Part shown: positions 1 to 11,237 of the stretch, one piece after another | Layout: every line of letters begins with the position of its first letter | Numbering within the stretch: position 1 is the stretch's first letter | Source of the DNA: Azolla caroliniana | Lineage: Eukaryota; Plantae; Polypodiophyta | Assembly: GCA_043228905.1 (NCBI GenBank) | Contig: JBHGNT010000003.1 | Span: 10,106,001-10,170,000 of the forward strand | Reading direction: 5' to 3' | Length of the DNA stretch: 64,000 nucleotides | Notes under the pieces: generated by a model | Databases searched by the model: none | The model's input: the letters and a program-made list of their open reading frames with translations, nothing else | Told to the model about the DNA's origin: nothing | Translations under genes and position numbers: made by a program

Positions 1-802
1 GCTGCGATAGTTTGTGTGCGCGTTGTAACCCCCTTCCGAATCCGATTCCAGCGCTGAAAATGCTTCGGATTCGCCGTCTCTTCCGGCCAAGGCCTGGAGA
101 AGGGATTCCGCTTCCCGAAGACTACTTAAGTTGCTTCCTTTGTCTGGGTAGGCATTTTGTTGCAGATGGAGCGACTCCTCCGCCACTTTCCGGATCACTT
201 TGGAAAATGATCGATCCGTTCAGATTTCTTCCGCTGCTTGCTGGAAAGCCTCTCGCCGCCTTCTCCGTTCAGCAAGTCTTCGTGCTCTCTCTGTAACCGG
301 GTCGTCTCTTGGCCTAGTCATCCATTCCCACCGCTGTTCACTGCGATTGTGCAGGAATCGTGGTCGCCAAAAACTGTGTTAATCCTAGAGGCTGGACAAC
401 AGCCTAACACAGGGTGTCCACTTAAGACACTTCACCAAAGGGGTGTTACGGCAGGATGACTTACGACACAACGTTTGCAATCCGTAATTAACACACGTAA
501 GATATAACAATGAATACAGAACGGTAATCAACATTGGCAGATTAAGATAATAAGCTCTATTAATTATCCGCTCGCAATTACATTGTAACCGGGCCTTTAT
601 ATAAGTCTCCGGTGCGAAACAACCGGCACCTTTTCGGGATCGGTCCGGATCCGGATCGGCATACCGATTCCGGTCCGTCCGTCCACATCTTCTCATATAT
701 TACTATATATTTTAAGACTACTAATTACAACAGTTCCCGAATAAACTATTCCTTTCGCACTCTATTTTGGACCTCCTTAGGCCTTCTTGCCAGCCGGTAA
801 TA
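1..802 (-). mobile_element. 5' end of a minus-strand Gypsy element: 5' LTR 377-802, PBS ~359-369, start of degenerate gag-side region. Inserted into the gag of Copia #1
   Basis: LTR is homologous end to end with 59252-59701. Minus-strand TATA-like (CTTATATAAAGG ~594-605). Minus-strand TGGCGACCACG lies 7 nt from the LTR end. Copia gag resumes at 803 (GGGGGAGGCCTACTTGC). Leader motif GGAATGGATGnCTAG is shared with the 56.7 kb element. Confidence 0.8.
359..369 (-). promoter_or_regulatory. Primer-binding site, tRNA-Arg-type (TGGCGACCACG)
   Basis: Starts with TGG next to the LTR end; complementary to the ...GTGGTCG-CCA 3' end of plant tRNA-Arg isoacceptors (from recall). Confidence 0.65.
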
Positions 803-3800
803 GGGGGAGGCCTACTTGCTTCTATTGCGGCAAGCCGGGACACTTCCAAAAGAACTGTCGGCACTTCCGAAAAGACAAGGAAACTGACGGTACCGATTCG
901 AAGTGGACACCGGACCGAAACGGTAAAGACCGGAGGGGGCCAGACCGGAAGGGAACGACGGCAATCGCGGCAAGTGAAGAAGAGTTGATGCTCATCACCG
1001 AGGAGAGTGAGCTAAACCTTGTCGGCGACGAGATGACCTGGGTGGTCGACTCCGAAGCGTCGTTCCACCTTACCCTGGACCGGAAATACTTCTCATCCTA
1101 CTCGGCCGGTGATCACGGCTGTGTCCGGATGGGGAATGAAGGTACATGCCGAATTGTCGGCATAGGAGATGTGTGGTTGACAATGCCAACCGGATGCAAG
1201 CTGCTGTTGAAGGATGTCTGACACATTCCGGAGGTTCGTCTGAACCTGATATTAGTCGGTCGGCTAGATGATGAAGGCTACACGGGTAGCATCCAAAACG
1301 GTGTTATGAAGTTCAGCAAAGGGAGCATGATTGTGGCTTGGGCCCAGAAGGTCAACACCCTGTACCTGATGAATGCCTAGTTATGTCTGGAGGAAGTGAA
1401 TGTGGCATCCGACACAGCTGGTGAGCTGTGGCACAAGAGGTTGTGTCACATGAGCGAGAAGGGGATGGAGAGGCTTGCAGACGACAACCTCATTCTAGTG
1501 AAGAACGTGCACTTGGAGAAGTGCATTGATTGTCTGGCCGGTAAACAAAACCGGACCTCCTTCCGATCGAGGCCACCGATGAGACGTAATGCACCACTGG
1601 AGTTGGTGCATACTGATGTATGTCAAGTGGACACGAAGTCACATGTCGGATCGCAGTACTTCGTGACGTTCATAGATGACCACAGCCGGAAGTTGTGGGC
1701 CACACCGTTGAAGACGAAGGATCATGTGTTATCCGTCTTCAAAGAGCTCCACGCGAGAGTGGAAAGAGAAACCGGCCGGAAGCTGAAGGCGGTTCGAGCA
1801 GATAACGGAGGTGAATACCGGGGGCAGTTCGAGGAGTACTGTCGCTCGAAAGGAATCCAACTCGAATTTACCTGCCGAAGTCGCCGGAACTAAACGGGCT
1901 GGCCGAGAGGATGAACCGGACTATAATGGAGAGGGTTCAGAGTATGCTGGCGCATGCAAAACTACCCAAGAAGTTTTGGGTTGAGGCATTGTCGACTGCG
2001 ACATATGTGATAAACAAATCACCCTCAGTACCCTTGGACGGAGACACACCGCAGAAGGTGTGGACCGGTAAGGAAGTGTCCTACCGGCATCTGAATGTGT
2101 TCGGGTGTCTCGCGTACGTGCATGTTGCTAAGGACCGGAGAGGAAAGTTGGATCCAAAGACCCGGCCATGCATATTCCTCGGATACGGCGATGATGAGTT
2201 CGGCTACCGAGTGTGGGACCTAGTCAACAAGGAGATATTATCTTCATGGAGGACAAGACGCTCATTGACTGGGAGTCGGAGAAGAAGATAATGAACTCTG
2301 AGTCGACCGGTAAGGATCGATTCTACGATAAGCAGACCTAACCGGCAAGAGACCGGTTAGCACTCGAGTAACCAGCCGGTTACGGTGAGGATACCAAACC
2401 GGCAAAAGAAGAAGTAGAGGAAGCTGAAACCGAAACCGGCCAAGACCCCGAATCGGATTTGGATGAAGAGCAAATGGAGGAGCCGGTTACCGAAGCCCAA
2501 AGACAGAGATATCCTCTCAGAGAGAGAAGGCCCCCCCAGAGATTTCCGGATGTAGAGCATGTGCTGCTAACCAATGAGGGGGAGCCAGGAAGCTTCGAAG
2601 AAGCAAAGGATGACACCCACAACCGAAAATGGTTCAGTGCCATGCAGGATGAGATGGATTCCCTGCATGAGAATCATACATACGAATTGGTGAAGTTGCC
2701 GAAAGGAAAGCGGGCACTCCGAAACAAGTGGGTGTACAAGTTGAAACCGGGCGATGCCGGTAACCCCCCGAGATACAAAGCCAGGATCGTGGTGAAGGGG
2801 TTGTAGTAGAAGAAGGGCATGGACTTCGACGAGATATTTGCCCCGGTAGTAAAGATGACCTTCATCCGGACGATGTTGAGTATAGCGGCAAGCATGGACC
2901 TCGAGGTAGAGCAGCTGGACGTGAAGACGACATTCCTTCATGGTGACCTCAAAGAAGAGATCTACATGCAGCAACCGGAAGGATTCGTGGAGAAAGGGAA
3001 GGAGCAACTGGTTTTCCGGTTGAAGAAGAGCCTGTACGGACTGAAGCAGGCTCCCCGACAATGGTACCGGAAGTTCAACTCCTTCATGACTGATCAAGGG
3101 TACCACAAGACGCAGGCCGATCACTGTGTGTTTGTGAAGAAGTTCGAAGGAGGCGACTTCCTGATACTCCTTCTGTACGTGGACGACATGTTGATTGTCG
3201 GATGGGACCAAGATAAAATATGGATGTTGAAGAAGGCCCTCAACCGAACCTTCTCAATGAAAGACTTGGGTCCGGCAAGACAAATGTTGGGGATGCATAT
3301 CATCCGGAACCGGCCAACGAAGCAACTGTGGCTGTCACAGGAGAAATACGTGACAAAGGTGCTTCAGCGGTTCAACATGTTAGAAGCGAAACCGGTCGGA
3401 TCGACACTCCCGACAAACTGCAGATTATCCGGTAAGCAAAGCCCAAAGATGAAAGCAGAGAAGGTTGATATGATGAAGGTTCCATATGCCTCTGTTGTAG
3501 GGAGCTTAATGTACGCAATGGTGTGTACCCGACTGGATATAGGATATGCAGTCGGAGTGGTGAGCCGGTTTATGAGCAATCCCGGCAAGGAGCACTAGAA
3601 CGCGGTCAAATGGATACTCCAGTACTTGAAGGGCACTTCAAATATGTGTCTCCAATTCGGCTCCGGAAAACCTCAACTTGACGGTTTTACCGATTCGGAC
3701 ATGTCGGCTGATGTGGATACCAGCCGGTCTACATCCAGGTATGTAATGACATATGCAGGGGGAGCTATTTTGTGGCAGTCGAGGCTGCAGAAGATGGTTG

Positions 3801-4153
3801 CGTTGTCAACCACGGAGGCGGAGTACATGGCGGCTGTGGAAGCCGGCAAGGAAATATTATGGATGAAGGACTTCATCGGAGAGCTCGGTATCCAGCAAGA
3901 TGAATATCGACTCTATTGCGACAGTCAAAATGCCATCCACCTTGCTAAGAATGCGGCCTACCATTCCCGGACGAAGCATATCCAACGTAGGTATCACTGG
4001 ATCCGGGAAAGAGTAGATAACCAGGAGCTCGCACTGACGAAGATCCACACGGCCGAGAACGGGTCAGATATGTTGACCAAAGTGCTAACACCTGACAAGC
4101 TGGATGCATGTCGAAAGCGGGTCGGACTAGTAAGACATCCCATGCCGGAGTGA
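803..4153 (+). pseudogene. Disrupted Copia gag-pol polyprotein (ZnK-PR-INT-RT-RH)
   Basis: ORF fragments 787-1221, 1396-1893, 1911-2291, 2459-2806, 2819-3598 and 3626-4153 are separated by stops and frameshifts. Confidence 0.93.
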
Positions 4154-4528
4154 AGGGGGAGTTTGTTAGGAAACAGGTCCCTCCGGATGGGAAGACCCGG
4201 TAAGAACCGGATGAGGAGTACCCGGAAACGGAAGACCCGGTGAGAACCGGATGATGAGTGCCCGACAAGCGTCAGATGAAGGAGTACCTGGAAACGGAAG
4301 ATCTGGTGAGAGCCAAATGATGAGTGTCCGGCAAGCGCCGGATGATGCAGGCCCGGTGAGGAGTGCTCACCAGATGAAGGGACATATTCGTAAATATGTT
4401 TTTGAGAGTCCATTGGGGCTATATTTGTAAATAGCCGAAAAGTCATATTAGTATAAATATGACTTAGGGCAAACTTAGAGTATGATGTTGTTATTCGTGT
4501 TGGTGAAAAAGATTAGAGCGCAACAGTG

Positions 4529-4570
<42 letters not shown>

Positions 4571-4795
4571 AAGAAACGAAGAGGTTGTTGCCTCTGTTGT
4601 AATCGCCGCCTGTGGCGAAGATCGTGAGCACGAGGTCATTGCCTCCATGAGCTCACTGTTGTAATCATTGTGATATAGTGATAGTTTGCAGTCTGTGGGC
4701 TGCCGTGGTTTTTCCCGTATTTGGGTTTTCCACGTAAACATCCTGTGTACTCTTCTCTCCATTGTGTCGTGCATTCATTCCCCGTTTTTCTGTGT
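803..4795 (+). mobile_element. Copia LTR retrotransposon #1 (Tnt1/Tork-like); gag interrupted at 803, 3' LTR 4164-~4795 truncated
   Basis: Zinc knuckle CFYCGKPGHFQKNC, protease WVVDS, GAG-pre-integrase LWHKRLCH, integrase ELVHTDVC/RADNGGEY, RT LLLYVDDML, RNase H. PPT GAAGGGGGAGTT precedes LTR TGTTAGG at 4164. Confidence 0.95.
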
Positions 4796-6284
4796 TACAG
4801 CAAGGAGGCTTGAACCGGCACCGCAAGGGCGAAGGGAAGAAACCCGGGAATGGCTCGAAACCGGTCCGGCTTCGGCCGGCATGGTCAGTGGCTCGTCCGG
4901 AGGAGCAGCGCTGGAGGAGTTGACGCGGGCGATAAAGGATCTCCAAATCGCCCAGACTCGAAGGAAAGGCGGCGAACCGGCTCGTGACCGACGGCCGGCA
5001 GCAGGGAATAGGTGCATGTGGTGCGACAAGGTCGGCCACATCCGGAAGGACTGCGGCGATTTCGCAGAAGCGTTGAGGAACCGGGTGGTGTACCTGTGGG
5101 AAGGCAGGGTGCACGCCGGCGACACCAGAAGGGCCCTAAACCGAAACGACGGACGAGGAGGTATGAAGAGACTGATGGAAGAGGCAGCGGCCCGACACGT
5201 GGAGGCCTTCCACTACTCGGCGTCGGCCGGCATTCGGGTCAGGGGCAGCGAGGCCCGAAAGGAGGGCAAAGACGGATTCTGGTCGGCAATGTTGGAAGGT
5301 CTTGCCGGCGCACGGCTAAGGAAAGATGAAACGGACCGCGCTGAGAGATGGGTCCGGGAAATAACCGGGTGGAGCGATCCTCTCAAGGAGAAGACGGGCT
5401 TTGTAGAAGCCGCCTGCCGGAACTACGAGGCTCTGATTGAAGACAAACGGGTGGGGAAAGCCGGAGCGGCCGGGCCCTCACAACGGTACGAGACCCGATT
5501 CGGGCAACGACGGAACGATGCCGGTGGGTCCAGCTCGCAAGATAACCCCAGGAAGGGCGGATACCGATTGGGGACGGAAATAGAAAGGACTACGGACCTA
5601 CGAAAGGTCCTAGAAGGACGGATCCTCGACAGCAAAGTGGAGCTGTCATTACGGGAGGTGCTAGGGATCGCCAAGAAGGAGTTCCACGACTCCATTGTGG
5701 ACTTGGTGAAACGGAAAAGGCTGTCGACGGAGACAGAACCGGAAAGACCGGTGGAGGTGCGGACGACGCACATCGACGACTCGGCGCTGGCAGATGAGTG
5801 GGCGGAGAGCCACTATTCGAGGCCACACTGGGCCCGAGCGACCACGGAGATCCCGGTAAAGATTGGAGATGTTCAGGAACCGGTGGTGGCGTTGGTGGAC
5901 CACGGTTCGGAAATAAACCTAATGTCCATGCACTTCTATAAGAAGGGAAAGTGGCCGATCAACACTAGGCACGGGTGGAAGATACGGGAGGCGACGCGCG
6001 CCACCGAGGAACTGCATGGGGCCTGCCCGAACGTGCGAGTCAAGATCGGCGACGTCGAGATTGACCAGCACTTCTTCGTACAGGAGACGTGCTCGCACCC
6101 GGTCATATTAGGGGAACCATACATCACAGCGCTGTGGATGGAGACCAAGGTGCTAGACAACGGTTCGGCCTACACGAGGGTCAAAAGCCAGGACGGGCGC
6201 CATTCGGTCCAATTTCTGACGGTGCGACCGAACCACGAGCGAAACCGTGAATCCCTCGGTGGCGAGAACCGGGAGGATTTTTAG
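4796..6284 (+). CDS. Gypsy Gag (C-terminal part) plus aspartic protease, 5'-truncated
   Basis: CMWCDKVGHIRKDC knuckle; protease ALVDHGSEINLM...VILGEP. The first ~37 codons of the listed ORF run in from the Copia LTR. Confidence 0.85.
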
Positions 6285-8515
6285 AGAGGGCTGCCAAGGC
6301 GTGGGGCCGAGACAGTCCGGACACTCGGGAAAGTCCCCACGACTGTACGATAGGTAGGGGATTTTGCTTCTCCGACAATGGAGGGTGTATGATAGTCGGC
6401 ATCGTCGGCCGAGAAAAGACAAGGGCGGAAGTGCGACTTCGAGCGTGCGGAGTTCTTGGCCCGGACGAGAAAATCAGCGGGGCCGTGGAGGCAGTCTCCT
6501 TCGACGACACCTTGGGGATGCTGAGGAAGGTTGCCGGAGAAGACCTTAACGAAGACCGGACGATACCGGTATGTTTCGAAGAGATGTACGAAGTCATCGC
6601 GAACTTCAGTCGGGGGCTCGGGTCGGATCGGACGGCCCGAGTTAGCACAAAGTACAAGACTGTGGATCGGAAGGTAAGGCCAATCGCGGCACCCTTTCCG
6701 GAGGGCAGCGAGTCCCGAATCAGAGGGGTGGCGTCGGACCCCAGTTTACGAGATCCGGCCTACATAGGACACACCTTCACCGACGGAACGCTCCGGGAGC
6801 TCAAAATCAGTGGGGGCGGGTTCCTACTGCCGGCGGAGGAAGACCGGTTTCGGAGAATGCTCGGAAGGCACGGGAAAGCCTTCGCATTCTCACCGGAAGA
6901 GATCGGGTGCGTAGACCCGACGATCGTGGAGCCGATGGTGATATTCACGGTACCGCATGTACCGTGGAATCTCAAGCCGATTCCAGTACCGAGAGCTCAC
7001 ATCCCGAAGTTGATGGAGCTATTGAGGCAGAAAGTCGATATGGGTATTCTCGAACCGTGGAGCGCGCCATACTCGAACCGATGGTTTACCGTACCAAAGA
7101 AAAACGGAACATTGCGCTTCATTCAGAACCTGCAACCGGTCAACAGAGTCACCATCTGGAACGCAGGAATCGGACCGACCATAGACGAGTTCGCGGAGGC
7201 CTTCGCCGGAAGGTCGATTTACTCGGTCGGTGATCTGTACTCGGGGTACGACCAGTTCCAGCTAGCCGTGGAGAGCAGAGACATTACGACGATGCGAACT
7301 CCCCTCGGCCTAGTGCGAATGTGTACCCTGCCACAAGGAGGGACCAACTCGGTGGCCCACATGGTGAATGCAATGAACAAAGTACTGAGGGATTGCATCC
7401 CGGACATCACCATGCCGTTTCTAGACGACATCCCTATCAAGGGGTGCCCGGTGGAAGAGAAGGACGAGACACTCGGGCCGGACGGATGCCGGCGATTCGT
7501 AGCAACACACATCGACGACTGCGAGAAGGTGCTACAAAGGCTAGAGGATGCGAGGCTCACCTTCTCCGGGGAAAAATCGGCCTTCGGGAAATCAGAAATC
7601 CTGGTGGTCGGGCACCTATGTGGACCATATGGCCAGAAGCCGTCTCCGGCAAAGGTAGAAGCCATCTTTGCGATGAAGACCGACTGTAGCTCGGTTACGG
7701 AAGTTCGGAGGTTCCTGGGGGCATGCGCGTTCTACCACATATGGATCCCGCATTACGCCCACGTTGCGGAGCCACTATACGGGTTGCTGAAGAAGGGGCG
7801 AAGATTCGAATGGCGAGACGAGCACACGGAGTCGGTCCGGAAGCTGAAGGAAGCTCTTGCGGCAGCACCGGCGCTCCGAAAGGCTGTCTACGAGAAGGGT
7901 ACCCCGGTATACATAACGGTGGATACGAGCCCGACCGGGATCGGATGGGTCGTCAACCAAGAAGACGAGGACGGAACCCGGTTCCCGATCCAATTCGGCA
8001 CTAAGGTCCTCAGTGAACGACAGCGAGGATACGCCCAGGTTAAACGCGAACTCTGGGGTATCGTTTCGGCAGTAAAGGCCGACAAAGACTACCTGATCGG
8101 GACGGAAGTGATTATCCAGACGGATTGCCTGCCAATTCTCGGCATGGTTTCCGGATGCGGGACACCGGACCTGGTGATGCTCAAGTGGATAGCGTACATC
8201 AAGTCCCTGGACCCGGAAATACGACACATTTCCGGAAAAGACAACGCCATGGCCGACATGCTTTCGAGGGCGAGGTTTGATGACGAGGGCGGCATGGTTT
8301 CGGAGGACGAAGAAGTCGGCGTGGACTTCTTCGACGCGGCGTACGTGACGACCGATGGGGCGAGCACTCCGGTACTTAACGGCTTCGATGAGAGCAAGTA
8401 CGACGGCGAGTGGCTGCAGATCGGTGGGTTTCTGAGGACAATGACGCCGGATGCGTCATGGACGAAGGACGAGGCCAACCGGATCCGGAAGAAAGCTTAC
8501 CGATTCTTTCTCCGG
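6275..8515 (+). CDS. Gypsy Pol RT-RNase H (probably entered by -1 frameshift), interrupted at 8516
   Basis: DLYSGYDQ, LPQGGTNSV and PFLDD RT motifs; RH ITVDTSP...KRELWG...TDCLP...NAMADMLSR. Frame is open from 6275. Confidence 0.88.
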
Positions 8516-9366
8516 TGTCGTGCCTTTCGGCTCCGGATCGTTGCGTGAGTCGGGTGGGAACCACAGAGGTCTTGGACTAGGAGAAAGAAGTTCGTGAGAT
8601 AGAGATTAATTATGAGTAAATAGCAAAGAGAAAGATAAGAAACTCGTGAATCACACGAGTATACTATATTAATTGGTACTTAGGGTGTTAAGAGAGAAGT
8701 AGATGTATAAATCGTGAATCCCACGAATAATTTTTGTATTGATTAATACATAATCCAAATAATCAACAACCCTTTACATATTTCTCTCCTCCTTATATAA
8801 GGAAGGAAGAGCTAAGCATGGCTTCATGCTTTTTTTTTTTACAAAAAGTGTTCATGTCCACTAAATGTGCATGTGATGCTTTTTTTATTTCCTAAGTATA
8901 GGGCTCATGCACGCTAGATGTGCATGAGTTATTTTTTTAGTGTCTCGTCTTTTTCATATATTAAAAAATACACGATTTACCTTTTAATAAAGGTATGCAT
9001 AAATAAAGGTCTTATACATATTAAATCTATATTTAAAGCACTTAAGATAAGTTAATGTAATGGTAAGGTTGGGGTTTGTCAACGTGGAGGTGCAGAGTTC
9101 GAATCACGCCCTGCGCAGTAGTGAGTATTTCCTTTCTTTTTACATTTATGTCTCTTTATCCAGCTCTTCCTTGCCGGTATGCCGTTTTCTTCCTTGCCGG
9201 TATGCCGTTTTCCTCCTTGCCGGTATGCCGTTTTTCCTCCTTGCCGGTATGCCGTTTTCCTCCTTGCCGGTATGCCGTTTTCTTCCGGTTCTCACCGAGC
9301 ACTCCATTCTCTATCCGGAGGGACAAAAATATAATTTCCACATATTGTGCAACCTACACTACGACA
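8516..9366 (-). mobile_element. Solo LTR (851 bp) inserted in Gypsy pol
   Basis: Termini TGTCGT...ACGACA; 4-bp TSD CCGG (8512-8515 / 9367-9370). Removing it restores FFLRDGYLWKHPKKR. Strand inferred from a TATA-like motif. Confidence 0.85.
9170..9285. repeat. Tandem minisatellite, ~22-24 bp unit TTGCCGGTATGCCGTTTTCCTCC, 5 copies
   Basis: Directly visible inside the solo LTR. Confidence 0.9.
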
Positions 9367-9370
9367 CCGG

Positions 9371-10588
9371 GACGGATACTTATGGAAGCACCCGAAGAAG
9401 AGGAACGGCGTCCCGCTCCGGGTGGTGGCGATGAAGGAAGAATAGGAGGAGCTGCTGACGACTTACCACGACAGCCCTTGGGCCGGTCACCGTGGAACGT
9501 GGGCCACGTTCGAGAAGATAAAGGGGAAGTACTGGTGGCCGGGACTGTACCGGGACGTGCATCGGTTCGTGAAAACTTGCAAGAGTTTTCAGATGCACTC
9601 CATAGTCCGACATCGAGATGAGCTTCACCCTACGTACCCTCCGACCATCCACTTCAAATGGATGGTAGATCTGGTGACGATGCCGATGGGAGTAGGACAG
9701 ATGCGGTATCTGGTCCTGGCTCGGGAAGATCTGACGAACCAGGTAGAAGGCCGAGCCCTTCAGAACAAAACGACCGCAGCCGTATGTCGATTCCTGATCG
9801 AGGACGTGATATGCCAGTACGGGTGCGTCGGGAAGATCGTGGCTGATCGCGGGGAGTTGGACGCCGAAGAGGCTGAAGAGTTGTTCGACCGGATAGGAGT
9901 CAAGCTCTCGCTTACCACTGCGTACAATCCGGAGGCGAATGGAAAGGTGGAGCGCGGACACAGACCGATTGTCAAGGCGTTAGTTCGGGCATGCGGAGGT
10001 CAAGTCGGGAACTGGCCGCGGCTGCTGCCTTACGCGTTGTGGGCTGACCGGACTACGCACAGTTCGGTAACCGGATTCATGCCGGCAGAGCTCATGTTTG
10101 GGCAAAAGCCGATCATGCCGATGGAACGTACGATCTCCTCATGGGCAACCGTGGACTGGAGAGACGAGATGAGCCGGGAGGAACTGTTGGTGGCACGCAT
10201 ACGACAGCTCGAGCGAAGACCGGAGGACGTGGAGCAGGCCGCGGGAAAGCTTCGGGTGGCAAGGACGAGGAACAAAGCCCGGTTCGACCGAACGCACCGG
10301 CTCCAACCGAGGAAGATCGAGGAAGGCGACTGGGTGCTAATCTATGACAGTAGCCTCGACAACCAGCACCGAGCGAGAAGGTGGTTCGGGCCTTACGTGG
10401 TACAAAGCGCCAACGACAACGGGACGTACCATCTGGCGGAACCCGACGGCACGAGAATGGCGATACCGGTAGCTGGGAAGCGGATCAAAGCGTTCAAGAA
10501 GCGTCACGACGACGAGCCGGATCCGGTTGACTTGGACCGCGATGACGAACGATCCGAAACCGAGGAAGAACCGACGGGCGGGGAATGA
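9371..10588 (+). CDS. Gypsy integrase (continuation of pol after the insertion); no chromodomain evident
   Basis: Zn-binding region (GHRG...YWWP...VKTCKSFQ), core WMVDLV / IVADRGE / NGKVERGH, GPY motif WFGPY. Confidence 0.88.
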
Positions 10589-11237
10589 AGGCTGGACCGG
10601 TTTTCTCCGTCCCAACACAATTTGGCGCATGCCGGTGGATGTCGTGAAGAAAACCGTCCACAAGCGGAATCGGTGCACCGGAGCGTAGGAACCGGCTCTT
10701 CATGCACGTGCGCCTTATGTTGTACATAGGAGATCCTAGGCAGGCAGATTCGGTAGGTAGGAAGTAAAGGGGAAACGGCTCCTTCCTTGCCTATAAAAGG
10801 AGGGAGACGAGGAGGGGCGAGGGGATCGCGGAGAGTCGAGGACGAAGTGCTGTCGGTTTGGGTGCGAAGGCTTCTCTCTCTCTCTGGTTCGCAAACTCCA
10901 TAGCTTCCTTCTGTGCAGGTTTCGGAAGGCTCGCGCTGCTCTGAGGAATGCCTGAGTGCTTCCGGCAGCACCTCCAACCTACTCCTTCATTTCTATGCGT
11001 TCGCCGGCCTGTTCGGTTGTAACCGACTTCGTGTTTTGTTGTTTGTCTTTGTTAATACATACATACATTCGTGTCTCTCTGTGTCGCTGTCCCACTCGCT
11101 TCTTTGTGTGGAAGGGTCGTGTCCCTGTGAATCTACTCTCGCACGTAGTGGGTCTCTTCTCCTTTCTCTCTTGCTCTTCGGTACAGGACCCCCGAGGTCC
11201 TGCCTCATTCCACGCATCCGCGAGGAATACTTCGACA

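Larger units (their letters stand above)
4796..11237 (+). mobile_element. Gypsy LTR retrotransposon, 5'-truncated, 3' LTR 10640-11237; pol interrupted by a solo LTR at 8516-9366
   Basis: Gag knuckle, PR, RT, RH, INT in Gypsy order. LTR TGTCGTGAAG...TTCGACA with CTATAAAAGG TATA. Confidence 0.93.
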
